From Basidiobolus meristosporus CBS 931.73 (taxonomy: Eukaryota; Fungi; Basidiobolomycota), in the NCBI GenBank assembly GCA_002104905.1, contig MCFE01000001.1, positions 186,001 to 250,000 on the forward strand: a stretch of DNA of 64,000 nucleotides. The letters run 5' to 3'. The notes beneath the pieces are model-generated. The model was given only the letters and a program-made list of their open reading frames with translations. It had not been told where the DNA came from and searched no databases. Both the position numbers and the translations under genes were made by a program. How positions within the stretch are numbered: the first letter of the stretch is position 1; each line of letters starts with the position of its first letter. Shown one piece after another: positions 13,880-26,029 of this stretch.

Positions 13880-14560
13880 GCAGTGCTACCTTGACTGAGA
13901 GCTTCCTGAATAGAAGTACTCTCTTTCCTTGATAAATGTTGCGCTTGTTCATCTGTGTATACTTGCTTTTCCCTAACTGTTACTTTTCCCACTACCTGAT
14001 GTTTCTTTGATGTTTGTTTAGAGCTTTTTGCCTGCGGAAACTGCTGGTTTTAGCCTTGGCACCCATATTCTTCTGAGTTTGATAGTTTCTTCTACTCTTG
14101 TAGTACTTTCTAAGCATACCAATGCTGGTGTAAAGTATGTTTTCTTACTTGATTCCAGGTTAATGCTCATGGAACAGGTCAAGTGCATTCTGCTTGGCCT
14201 AGAGTTCCTGATAGTTCCATGGTATGTTAGCCTTGGGGTGATGCTGTGCTAGACTTCTTACAGCCTCAGCAATATTAGTGCACTCTTCATCTTGGCACTC
14301 AATAGCTTTGTGGATATTCAATGTCTTGTGATCTTTGCACTTAGGTATAGAGATCACAGTCTCTCCCTCTCATGCTGTGATAGGTTATTTTGTGGGCTTT
14401 ATCTTTGGGCACTGTTGGAGTGTTACAAAGACTGTAAAGTGTTCCTCTGCAGTTACATTGGGATATGGCTTAATTCTTTGCTCTAACACTGAGCTACTTG
14501 ATTTCCTTCTTTGTAGACTAGATATTGCATTCTTTACCTTGCAATGTGTCCTTCACATAT
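13880..14560 (-). mobile_element. Family B ORF2 fragment
   Basis: Homologous to 57400-58160. Confidence 0.75.
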
Positions 14561-14810
14561 GCAACTACATACCAGTATTATTGCAAGTCAAATTTGGTAT
14601 AGTGACATGTTTGTTCAATACAAATGGAAATTAATGTGTATCACCCTATAAGCTATCCTAACATTTACCATTTTAGTTACCATTGCTCCAATAGAATAGT
14701 ATGTTAGTGATTGATTGGTCTAAGAGTATCCTGAAGCAGTGAGCCCCAATAAATGAGTTGTCCATACACAAGCTACCTAATTTGCCAGCAATTATCCCAT
14801 TTTGCCTATT

Positions 14811-15544
14811 AGACTTGTCCTGTTGGATAGTGCCACATTGAGCCATGAGTGCCATATGATGCTATAGTGTGCCAGAGAGATCAAGTGAACCTATACTTGG
14901 CCACAGAGTGTGAAGCTTAGCTCTGCATCTTCATGCAAAACCGCACCTGTGTTTCACCCTTTGTGTTGGAGAAAATCAATTTTTGGACGTTTTTTTGTGG
15001 ATCAATGTTATGCAGGATATGTAAGTGCACAGAAGAACTGAAGACTTGCATCAGGTACTCAATACCCATGGCACTCTGAATCTAGCTCTTGTGGCTTGTA
15101 ACATGTCACAAAAAATGCATGGCACTATCTTGGTCCACTGGTACTATCTGGCACTATATTTAATTATTAGCCCCAAAGTAAGATCAGTACAAAGCACTTA
15201 TAGTGTCAGATAGTACCAGTGGACCAAGATAGTGCCATGCATTTTTGTGACATGTTACCAGCCACAGGAGCTAGATTCAGAGTGCCATGGGTATCAAGTA
15301 CCAGATGCATAACTTCAATCCTTTTGTGCTTTTACACATCCTTCACAACATTGACCTGAAAAAAAAGGTCAAAGAGTGGATATTCTCCAGCACAATGGGT
15401 GAAACACAGGGATGCTTTGCATGAAGATGCAGAGCTATGCTTGACACTCAGTGGCCAAGTATAGGTTCAGTTGGCCTCCCTGACATACTATGGCATCATT
15501 TGGCACTCATGGTGCAATGTGGCACTATCCAATGGAACAAGTCT
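14811..15544. mobile_element. Foldback MITE (734 bp) of family P, ~347-bp inverted arms with 40-bp spacer
   Basis: Arms 14811-15158 and 15199-15544 are reverse complements; termini AGACTTGT...ACAAGTCT; TSD ATT (14808-10 / 15545-47); empty site seen in P1 (GCCT-ATT-GAGCAAG). Confidence 0.93.
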
Positions 15545-16670
15545 ATTGCGCAAGTAGCCACCTGACTTTGGTAATTGGACAAAGTATCATAGCTGGCATG
15601 CAACTAATTGGGTTGCTGCATAATAGTTCAAATGGCTGCACTGGTGTCACAGATGTATGCAGGGTATTTACTCATAGTGGTTCTGTTTCATTGTTGACTA
15701 TCATCTTGGCCACCAGTATACTCATAGTCAGTATTCAACTTACTGGCTGATGTGCGCAATGCTGCTGCTTGGCTGCACTGAGGTGCCCCAGAGGATGCTA
15801 TGGAACCTGCCTAAAGTGCCACGTGCTGGCATATTCTTTTTCTTGCCAAAGGCTCCTGTTGTGGAGGTACCTCCAGTGGGCCTTTGTTAGCTACATATCC
15901 AGAAGTAACATGCCAATGGTCTGGTCTAAATGCATGCACAGGTGAGTCCTGATGTTACAACATGGCCCTTAGCTGAGCTCAATGCAATGCCATGTGTAAA
16001 TTCAATACAGCCTATTCTGGTGGACATATGTTGAATTGAGCAATTTGATAAGTTCTGTAGCTTTGTTCTAGTGCACACATGATGACCTGACACATGTCAT
16101 ATTGGTTTGTAGTACCCTGGTAAAGTTGTTGGCATGGGTTGGACTCATGTGCACTGGTGTGCTGACATTGCAATGCTTAGCGCAGAATCCAGCAGGGCAT
16201 GCTGGTGCAATCCTTACCCAGTTGCTCATGGTTAGTATTCTTCCTCTAGAAGCTCACCTTCTGATTCACAAGGTACTTACTACCCTCTGACTCATAAATC
16301 AAAACTGCTGCATTCATGAGTCTTGTGAATATTGCTCTTGGACTCCACTTGGCACTAGTAATATATCATGCAGCACACTGGTCATCAGAGGCAAAAACTC
16401 ACTCAAAATCTCCTTGGTTCCCAAAGCTGGGGCACAAGTGGATGCATCTGTACTGTACAGCACAAGTTTCATGTGGAATTGCTTGCACACAGCTGCCTCA
16501 TCATATCACCTCACTCTCAGCCCAATAATGATTTCAATAATGTCTTGTAAGTATCTTCTTACATAAATCCGCTGGCATCTAGATGTAGATCTCTAGCCAC
16601 AACTTTCTACTTGGACTCTTCCATCTCTGTCAATTCTCTGAGTATCCTGTTCTGCTAGATTAGTGAATAG

Positions 16671-17369
16671 TGTTGTGCATCAACATTTAAACCTCAGCCT
16701 ATTTTACTCCAATAGATAATCTAGTACACTAACTAATTTTCCCTAACCCAAACATAACTAATCCCTGTAATGTTTTATTTTATTACGTCTCAGAATCTGC
16801 TTTCAGCTGTCAGACCTGAGGAATTTTCATGTGGTCTTTATGTCCTGTACTGATATGCTAAGCCTTTCCAAGTGATTAGTCATCTGAGATCCATCTTACA
16901 CTTAGTAATTGCCAAGACATCAGCTGACTAATGGTGTAATTTTTCACTTATCTTATGCACCTATCAACACCCCAACAGATTGCAATTAGTCCAGTATCTT
17001 GGCACTTTCTAACTCAGCTTGATCAGAAAAGTATAAACAAAGTTTACTGAACCTTTTGGCTTAGTGTGTCCTCCAACAAAATCAAGATTATATCTCAGCT
17101 AAATTAAGAACTCAACAATTACATTCTAGTCTTTACCTAAGCCTAGCATATCTAACACTCCCAAGAAAACCAAGCTAAGCCTACATAGCAAACCAGCACT
17201 GTTACCATTATAGCTAAGCACAGCTATAGAAAAGTCCAATATTGGACCAGAACCTCTCTGCTAATATTTCTGCAATTCCCTGACCATTCCAAGATACTGC
17301 ACTTGGTTGCCACTTGGGTTCTGCTAAACAATTCAAGAGTTTTAGTACACTTTTCTCTTGCATGCAACA
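16671..17369. repeat. LTR-like insert (~700 bp), family not seen elsewhere in the window
   Basis: TGTTGTGCAT...ATGCAACA termini; no TSD; ~200 bp of P3 is missing at the site. Confidence 0.6.
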
Positions 17370-18300
17370 TTTTTTACTAAAATAGCAGTACATTGGCATC
17401 AACTTTGTCTTATACAGAATACATATGAAAACTAAGGTGATCATTGAGTTCTCCATATGTTATACATGATGCATTTTGGATTGCACTGACACAGAAAAAT
17501 AACATCAGTTGCAGATTTCCTATTGGAATCAAGACTACTGAGTAATTCATCAAGTGATGCACCAAGTCATAACTAGAAGAAGATTTTTGCGGCATACTGA
17601 TGGATATATGCTATAGTTTGAAATTTAATTATAATGCATGAAAAAAACAGATAAATTAAGCTGATTATGCCAGATCAACTGAACTCATCCCACTGCAATC
17701 ATATACAAATCTTGATATGCCTGACTCATCTGAATGGTCTTTTCTCATATATCCCATTACTACCGCTGGATTTTCTTTTGACACATTATAGGAGAGCTAT
17801 ACTAAGTACTGTGGAAAATTTACCCCAATGTACTCAAGGAAATCCCTAGTTGAGCCTCTCTACTATTACAAAAGCTATTGCTCTGCAAGGTTTCAACTCA
17901 CATTTCATGGCCACACAAGTCCTAGCTGCTTGCGGTTCCAGCTGACAGCATTGGAGAACCTCCTTGCAGAGGGTATGAATGGCTTGGCACAAGTTTGGAA
18001 TACTAGGTCCAGAAGCTCTAATAGACTTTGATACTGCAGAGTACTCAGCAGAAGGCTCCATAGCAGAGGTATTTTTGATTAATTTGCTGTGAGAATTAAA
18101 AGACCTTCCAGAGGGTGGAGATACTTTTATTCTTGCAAATGCAAGGCACACTTTGCAAAGTTTCAAAAACTGTCTAACATTCAGGGTAAAATCTTCTGGT
18201 TCAGTGGGCCCTTTGCTGGAGCTAGGCATGACAATGCTCTCAGGATAGAGAATCATCCAGAATTTAGTAGAGGGGAGAAATCTATGGGAGACTTTCTGAT

Positions 18301-19417
18301 CCTGAACACTCAAACTCCCACATTTGTGGATGCTGATTGGTTATTGCCTCCTTTTCACACAGCTTACTTCCTGACTTAACTGTTTTTCTTACTTTTCATG
18401 CATACAAATTGATTTATTTCTGTTGAAACTTCTGTTGTACCTCAATTGCCAGTTGCATTGATCTATGGAAGTCCCTATGCCCTACACAATCATTAAGCCC
18501 AGCTGCACCCTCAACACGCAACTCCATTGAAATTGACTATTCATCAAGTATTTCTGCTATACTACCCTTTCTCCTTAACTTTGGTGGGAACCCCACAGCT
18601 TTATGCCATTACACATTCTCTGGTTCCCATGTGTCCTGGCCTCCAGCCAATACTGTAAGGTCTAGCACCTCATCTGCCAGTCTTTACAATAAATCCTTCC
18701 AATATTTGAGCCCATTTTCTTGAGCACCACTCCTGAAGAGGTGCTGCAACCTCTTGGTGTGCATAGCAACGCTTGAATATTCCACTGTAGGCATTGTGAT
18801 ATTCTTATGAGTACATGATGTTGTTGCTTTGTCTGTAAGTGGGTTCTCAGCTCTGTCTACAATGGATGATATGGAGGCAGCAGTAAGAAGTTGCTTTTCT
18901 CTGCAAACTCATCTACTTCACTGCGGTGTAGTGCTGCTGGCTGAACCTTCAACTCTTGAGTAAATTGCTGTTTTCTTGTTGGTAATTCTTCTTGGCTATG
19001 ATGGAATGCTGCCTATTCTGGGCCAACAGGGATGACAGATGGGATATGCAGCTTTTTACATATTACACTCACCTGTATCTGGCTTGGGTAGACTTTTTTT
19101 TCTCCACCTTTGCGTTTATAACTGCCAGGTCTTTTGCTACTACTTTGACTGAGTGCTTCTTGTATTTTACACCACTTTCTTCTTGATCAATGCTGCACTT
19201 GAGCATCTGTTTTTTGTTTGCTTGTTCCCTGCTGGTACTGTCCTGGCAATCTAACTTCTCCTGACATATAACCCAGTGGACATCTTGATACTAACATGTG
19301 TTAGCAGTTGCATGGCATTCACATCAGAGAATACCAGCATTGCAGGTGTTCAACTTCTCCAGAATCCACTACTACAGGAGGAAAACACAGTTCACACTCC
19401 AAATATGTTCCAGTAGT
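18301..19417. mobile_element. Family B fragments: ORF2 3' half (-) 18301-19284 and a transposase snippet (+) 19285-19417
   Basis: Homology to 55990-57400 and to 59480-59600 (CVNSCMAFTS region). Confidence 0.78.
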
Positions 19418-19667
19418 AGTGATAAATTTTGTTTTTATTCTGCAAATATGTGCCATTCATATTTAAACAATCTTTGTACAGGTTGCCCAAAAAGAAGCTT
19501 TAATGTCAAAAAATATCCCTCTGGTGAAGGTTTGGAAATTCCAGATGAAGAAGATTGTAGAAAAGTCTTTTGTTGTTTACTTTTATTAGGAAATTATGCC
19601 ACAACAATGAATCCCATCTATTAACATACTCACATCCTATATAATCCCACCACTTAAACCTTCCCAT

Positions 19668-20065
19668 CAAATATAAATCTAAGCCGGTTTGACAAAAATT
19701 TTTTTTTAAAAACTTTTTTCTTCCAATATGCAAATCTAATTTGGTTTGATGAAATTATATCGGAAAATTTTTTATATCAAATCTAAATTTGCTTTAACAA
19801 AAAACCTTTTCGCTTGACAAACTATTTTTTAAAAACTTTCTTATCTCAAATATAAAAATCTAATTTGGTTTGATGAAATTATTTCTAAAAGTTATTTATC
19901 TCAAATCTAAATTTGCTTTAACAAAAAAACTCTTAGCTTGACAAACTATTTTTTAAAAACTTTTTTATCTCAAATATAAAGATCTATTTTGGTTTGATGA
20001 AATTATTTCTTAAAGTTATTTATCTTAATCCAAATTTGCTTTAACAGAAAAACTTTTAGCTTGAT
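19668..20065. repeat. AT-rich tandem repeat, ~3 units of 124-125 bp, each built of ~40-bp sub-repeats
   Basis: AAATCTAATTTGGTTTGATGAAATTAT recurs with its AT-rich core ending near 19740, 19864 and 19989; units contain short palindromes such as CAAAT-CTA-ATTTG. Confidence 0.9.
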
Positions 20066-20809
20066 GGGATTCAAGCAGCTATACTACAGGCATAAAGCTG
20101 AAATTGTTGATATATGCGGCTGTGGTGGTGGATAAGTCAAATGGGGAAATACATCAAACACTTCTCAAGTGTTCTGTGCATGGGTGTTCACCGGGTGTAA
20201 TAATTGTTGGCAGAAGCTTGCTAGAAATACTTGAGTTTTTTCCCTACTCTAATGTGAAGAGGAATAATGCTACAAGCTTGACAAGGGAGAACTATTGAGC
20301 TACAATCCCCAATTTAGTAAGCATCTTAACAAGTGTATGTGCTGGGCTCAGTGTCCTTTGCAATAATGATGTACTAAAGCTTCCAAAGTCAAAATAACCG
20401 TATACTCCAACAGCAGGGACTTAATAAGATTGCAGCTGTGGCAAGTATTTACAAAGCCAGAAAAGTATCTTTGCTTGTGCATGTAAAAACTTGGGAAAAA
20501 ATCAAACATAAAAAAAGATACTAACTCTGGGTATTTTTAACCAGTAGTGCCTCCATGGTCAGTTGGCTGTCAGCATGGCTTCCTGGGAGTGTCCTGTGGC
20601 CTTAAATTGGGGGTTCAGTTAGTAGCAGGTATCTACAAGTAGCATTGATCACACTGATCAACAAGCTGTTATAATAGACTTGTTCCACTGTACCATGCCA
20701 GGGCACACAGTGCAATCCATGGTTTCTAAGAACAATTGGGTGCAATATAATAGCCACCAGTAGGCAGGATCACTCTTGGACAATTTTGCACCATTAGGAC
20801 AATCTCACA

Positions 20810-23800
20810 CACTTTTCTGGTGATATAGTCTTATCAAATCTCTGCTCCATCTTTTATTTGCTTTGAAATACTTTGGTCTGAGCCGCTTGACATCTTTGTT
20901 CCAGCTGCTGGTGTCTACTTGGCTGACCAAGTTAATCTTCTAAGGTGTCTGTAAGCTTTGGTTGTGTGAGATCTTGTGGAATGCTTGGTTCACATCCATA
21001 CACCACGTAAATTGGCCATTGTTGGGTGGTGTTGTGTACACTGACTCTGCATGCAAAGAGTGCTTGGTCTATATACTCATCCCATCTACTGACAACACCT
21101 TTTGCATACTTGGTCGGCATTTTACCCAAAAATCCATTGAACCATTCAGTTACTCCATTAGTTTGGGGGTGAAATGCCAAGGTTTTGAAGTGTTTGATCT
21201 GCTGCATTTCCAGGTAAGCTTCCAATGTCTTTGCCATAAAGTTTTCACCTCTATTGGATACAATCACTTCAGGGCATCTACACTTCATAAGGACTGTATG
21301 GTAGATGAAACTTGCAACTTCTTGTCCACTGGCTATAGCTACAGCTTTAGCAACTGGCCATTTGGGGGCATGGCCAATTGCTACTAGGATCCAATGGTCA
21401 CATTTCCTGGTAGTTGGCAGTCTTCCAATAGAGTCAATTCCCCATCTTTCAAATGGTTTTACAGGCTCCAAGGGGAAGAGTTAAGCAATTCTCTGTGGTT
21501 GGCCTTGGTTGGTTTGGCAATTTGGGCATTTTTTCACTAGCTTCTTAATGTCATGTTTCACTCTGGGCCACCATGCTCTGGCTTTCACAAGGCTATAGGT
21601 TCCTACAATACCAAGATGTCCATTTCCATTGTGTAGCATATGTATTAAATCCAGGCAAGCAACATAAGGGCAATAGGCAATAAGGCTTCCATCAGCAATT
21701 TGGTAGAGTGTTTTATCCTGAACCACAAATTTGCTGGCTTCATCCCAGAATATCTTCTTGATATCTTCATCCACCTCATTAGGAATGGCTTGGTCCTCCA
21801 AGTACTTTGGTAATAGGCTAGGCCAATCTGATTCATGCACCAAGTTGAGTTGTGAAACTTGTTCTAATCTTGATAAGGCATCAGCAACTGTGTTGCTTTT
21901 CCCAGTGCAGTAGACAATCCCCAAATCAAATTGCTGAATATATTCACTTCAGCTTGTCATTCATCTAGAGAGTACCTTCCAAGTAAATATATACCTTAGG
22001 GAGGCATGATCAGTCTTCACGGTGCATATGACTCCTTCTTTATTGCATTTCCATGTCTTCAAACAGTGTATTATAGCAAGCATCTCCTTCTCATGCACTG
22101 AATAGTCTTGTTCTGCTGAGTTCTGTTTCTTGGATTCAAAGGCAACTGGGTAGTCCTTTCCCTTGTGTTCTTGGCTCAGCACTTCACCAATTGCATAGTC
22201 TGAAGTACTGGTGCACAGAGTAAACTCTTTTCTGAAGTCTATGATTCTTAAGCTTTGTAGCTTAGCAAGTTCATTCTTGAGTGTCTGAAAGGCAGTCTCA
22301 CAAGCTATGTCCCACTGGTAGGTATTGTCTTTCCTGAGGATATCAGTTAAAGGGGCTGCAATACTTGCAAAGGACTTGACAAATCTCCAATAATAGGAGA
22401 CTATTCCAAGGAATGATCTGAGTTCTGCTATGCTATGGGGCTGCTTCAGATTCTTGATAACTTCAACCTTCTTAGGGTCTAAGGTTACTCCTGTGCTAGT
22501 CACTATGTGTCCCAGATATTCAACATGTTCCTTGAGGAATTCACACTTGGGTAGCTTGCCATTAAGCTTGTTCTCTCTTAGCTTGTTCAAGACCTTTTCA
22601 ATGTGTACTAACAATCATCTTCTGTTGTGCTGTATACTGATATGTCATCTAAGTAGATGGTTCCAAACTGATCCAAGTACTCCTGGAAGACAGTCTGCAT
22701 CAGGGTCATGAATGTTACAGGGGCATTGGTGAGGCCAAAACTCATGACTAAGTACTTGTAATATCCATATCTGGACCTGAATGCTGTCTTAGGGATGTCT
22801 TCTGGCTTCAACCTAGTCTGGTTGTATCCTGACATGAGGTCACTCTTGCTGAATATAGTGGCTCCATTGAGTTGGTCCAAAAGCTCATCAATCTAAGGTA
22901 TGGGGTACTTATTCTTCACGGTAACTGAGTTAAGGGCTCTGTAGTCAATGCACATCCTAAGTGCTCCATCCTTCTTCTTCACAAAAAGTACTAGTGCTCC
23001 CCAAGGTGACTTGGTGGGTCTGAAATATCCTTGCTCCAATTACTGATCTATTCTTCTCTTCATCTCTTCCAACTCCAATGGACTCATTTGGTATGGTGTC
23101 TTACTCATTGGAGGGCTATCTCCTGTGTCAATGGCATGATCCACATCTCTGACTGGTGGTAGGCTTACAAGTTCATCTGGAAATACATCTGAATATTCCT
23201 TCAAAAAAGTCTGAATTTTCTTTGGTACTGGAGTAGAGGAATCCCCCTGTAGTACTGCCCTGAGGAATATCTGGGTGCCTTTTCTGAGTGCTATACAAAA
23301 CTGTGTCTTGCTAAGTTCACTTGTTTCACACACACTGGAATTGACCAAGTTGAAATCCAGTCTGGCTGGTAATAGCTCATAGGTCTTGTTGTCCTTCTGG
23401 ATCTTAGTAGCATGGGTTCTCCAGTTGATTGACGTATTACTACAAAATAGCCAGTTTCTTCCAAGTACAAGATCAAACTTGCAGTTCCCAAATATATAGG
23501 CCTGTAGGTCTTCTTTGTAGTCATTGAACTTCAACCTTACTGGCTGAGTAATATGGTTGATTATGTGAGAGTTCCAATCAGCTATTGAGACTAAAGTTGA
23601 TTTGGTGGGTTCCAAGTTGATTCCAGCATTCCAAGCAAATTGCTCTGACATGTACTATTGTGATGCTCCTGAGTCAATCATGATCTTGGCAGGTACTTCA
23701 TTGATTACTCCATTCAAGTATAATTGCTTTCCTGAGTTTGAGGTCATCTGTGATAGGTATTCTTGTGTCATATGGAAGGTGAGTTATGAGTCTTCTTCAG

Positions 23801-25119
23801 GTTCATCCTCCGTGCTACTATGCTCCACAGCTTCAATATGGCTAAAGGCTCTTGATGGCTGGTGTCCATTTCTTCTCTGAGGGCAGTACTTTGCAATATG
23901 TCCCGGCTAATGGCAACTAAAGCAAAGTCTCTTCTTCTTACATTCTTCTGAGGTAGGATTCTTCTGCATAGCATCTATTTCCATTGGCACTGCTTCTTAT
24001 TGTCTCCTTTCATAGTTACTGTAGCCTCTCTGATCCGCCATTGTGGGCTTCTCAACTACAAACATAGCTGAGTCATAGTCAATGGCAATATTGATGGCTT
24101 CTTCTATAGTCTGAGGTCTCCAATAATTCACTTCCTTACAAGTTCTTTCTTTCAACCCATCAATAAAGTATTCAACTTGATCCAGAGAGTCCATTCTTTC
24201 AATTTGTCCAGGTAGATTTCTATAAGCATAGATGTACTCTTTGAGCATCCCTTTCAGTCTGAGTGTCTTCAACTTTCTTCTTAGTAGTGTCAGTTGGTGT
24301 GGGAGTTCAAAGGCTTCTTGAATTTCCAACACAAACTCATATCAGGTAGAGATTGTAAAGCATCCCTTCATGGTGACTGACCTGATCTTGTTGTAGTACC
24401 ATTGTAAAGCTGCATCTGCCAGGTAAGAGGCTGCATAATGTAACTTGCTTTCTGAAGCAATTTTCTTAGCCTTGAAAGCTTCTTCAATCTGGAAGAGCCA
24501 AGTTCCCAGGTTTTCATTGACTCTACCATGGCACTGGTTGACCTTCACACTAAAGTTACTCTTGACAGGGTTTGCTGGCTTTGGGCTGTGGTAGTCATTC
24601 CTTGTTGCTGCTGGCTAAGGATCAGGAGTAACTGTTGCTGTTGGGCTAGGATTTGCTGCATAGCATTCTTCCATTCTTAATTTTCAAACATCTTGAGGGA
24701 GGTTTCTTCTTTCTTCAGGTGGGAGGTTGCTGGTTATTGCTGCTACTAATGTTACAAGTCTTGGTATAAGAGTTGTAGAGGAATAGGGAGTTAAGCAAGT
24801 ATTGTATTCACTAAAACTTGAACTGATTTTTATGGAGGTTCCAACAGCTCCTTACATATATTTTTCCAGATCAATTGCTGACTAATTGTACCTCCTAATG
24901 TAGGCTTTGGCTGATGACTCATTTAGTTGCATCATCATCACCTAATAAGATCCTACTTAATATATCTAATTCTGTCAGATAAGGATCTGCTGATACATTT
25001 GCTGACTAATGCTACTGATTTGATAGATTATACTGATATACTGGTAGGCTAAACATATAACTAGTTGATTTGACTAAGAAACTGATCTAACTTAAACATT
25101 CAAGCGGTAGGTCATAACA
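20810..25119 (-). mobile_element. Ty3/gypsy LTR retrotransposon, 5' LTR 24750-25119, gag-PR-RT-RH-INT pseudogene, 3' end and 3' LTR missing
   Basis: gag WLFQIEEAF, knuckle CFSCH*PGHIAKYC, protease [22 protein letters not shown]...FGLTNAP...YLDD, RNase H, integrase WGIDSIG...PQTNGVTE in gypsy order; LTR TGTTA...TAACA. Confidence 0.93.
24739..24748 (-). promoter_or_regulatory. Gypsy primer-binding site TAGTAGCAGC (degenerate TGGTAGCAG, tRNA-iMet 3' end type)
   Basis: Lies immediately downstream of the 5' LTR on the minus strand. Confidence 0.55.
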
Positions 25120-26029
25120 CAGCACTGTATGACATTGAGGGTAATATTATCTGGTTTAGTGGGCCATTTGCTAGAAGTAGGCACAACAAAGCACTCTGGG
25201 CAGAAGATCATCTGGAATTCAGTAGAGGGGAGAAATGTTTAGTAGACTTAGCTTATATAGGAGAGGATTGTCAGAGATTTGGATGTATTACAGCATATAG
25301 GAAGCAAAGGAATTGTGTGCTTTGCAGGAAGCATAAGCTCCACAATGAGATATTTAATCATTTCAGAGTGAGGGTAGAGCATACATTTGTATATTTGAAG
25401 AGATTCAGAATATTGACTGGAAAATTTTGAGGAAAGTCATATATGGCAGAAAGCAGCAGAAATGGTAAAAGAGTTGAGATACTTATAAATGCACCGTTTA
25501 TTCATACAAGAAGACATCCACTGAGAGAAATGTGTTGGGAGCATTATGAATAGTAAGTACAGCAAGGAAAGCACTATTCTGAGCAACACAAGTAAGATTG
25601 AATAAAGTTACCACTAACTATATCCTACCACTGGCATTATGGTAGAGATTATAGTGCCAGATGGTGCTGTAGAGTGCCAGATCAATCCACAACTATTGGC
25701 AGGCTGGCACTATGTGGCACTATCCAATGGAACAAGTCTATTGATGAAAGTGATGATCATTTACAGCTGAGGGACTGCCTCCATTAATACTTTTCTCACC
25801 AGCTGAGTGATCACTAATCATGGTGTTCCAGAAGGTTCCAGAGATTAACAGAAATATTGATGACCTTTGAATGAGCAAAGAAAATTTTAAGTACATTCCA
25901 GATGGCTCTTAGTGGCACATCACATCCAGCCAATCAAGGAGCAGTATTCTGAAACCTGTGTAACACAGGGATACCATTATATGCAATGAAAAAGGTAGGG
26001 ATGGCAACATGGTCTGATCATTTGCATTA

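Larger units (their letters stand above)
14570..18300 (+). mobile_element. Family P copy P3, diverged, both ends lost; transposase 5' part 17734-18300
   Basis: Collinear with P1 10650-13330; interrupted by a MITE and an LTR-like insert. Confidence 0.82.
20676..25739 (+). mobile_element. Family P copy P4, both TIRs present, internal deletion plus gypsy insertion; transposase 3' part 25120-25556
   Basis: AGACTTGTTCC at 20676 and GGAACAAGTCT ending 25739; flanks AAT/ATT (one mismatch); empty site in 40609-41679. Confidence 0.82.
20121..26020 (+). repeat. Long LTR family XY, copy split by P4 (parts 20121-20675 and 25740-~26020), 3'-truncated
   Basis: Both parts match consecutive segments of the intact 40609-41679 copy. 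Confidence 0.8.

Noticed and set aside
19418-19624. Adenain/Polinton protease similarity (FCC...MNP)
   Set aside because: Only a superficial match of a few residues; the catalytic Q-x5-CG pattern is absent.
19668-20065. CRISPR array or repeat-protein coding sequence
   Set aside because: There are no unique spacers, the context is eukaryotic, the period of 124-125 bp is not a multiple of 3, and all frames have stops.
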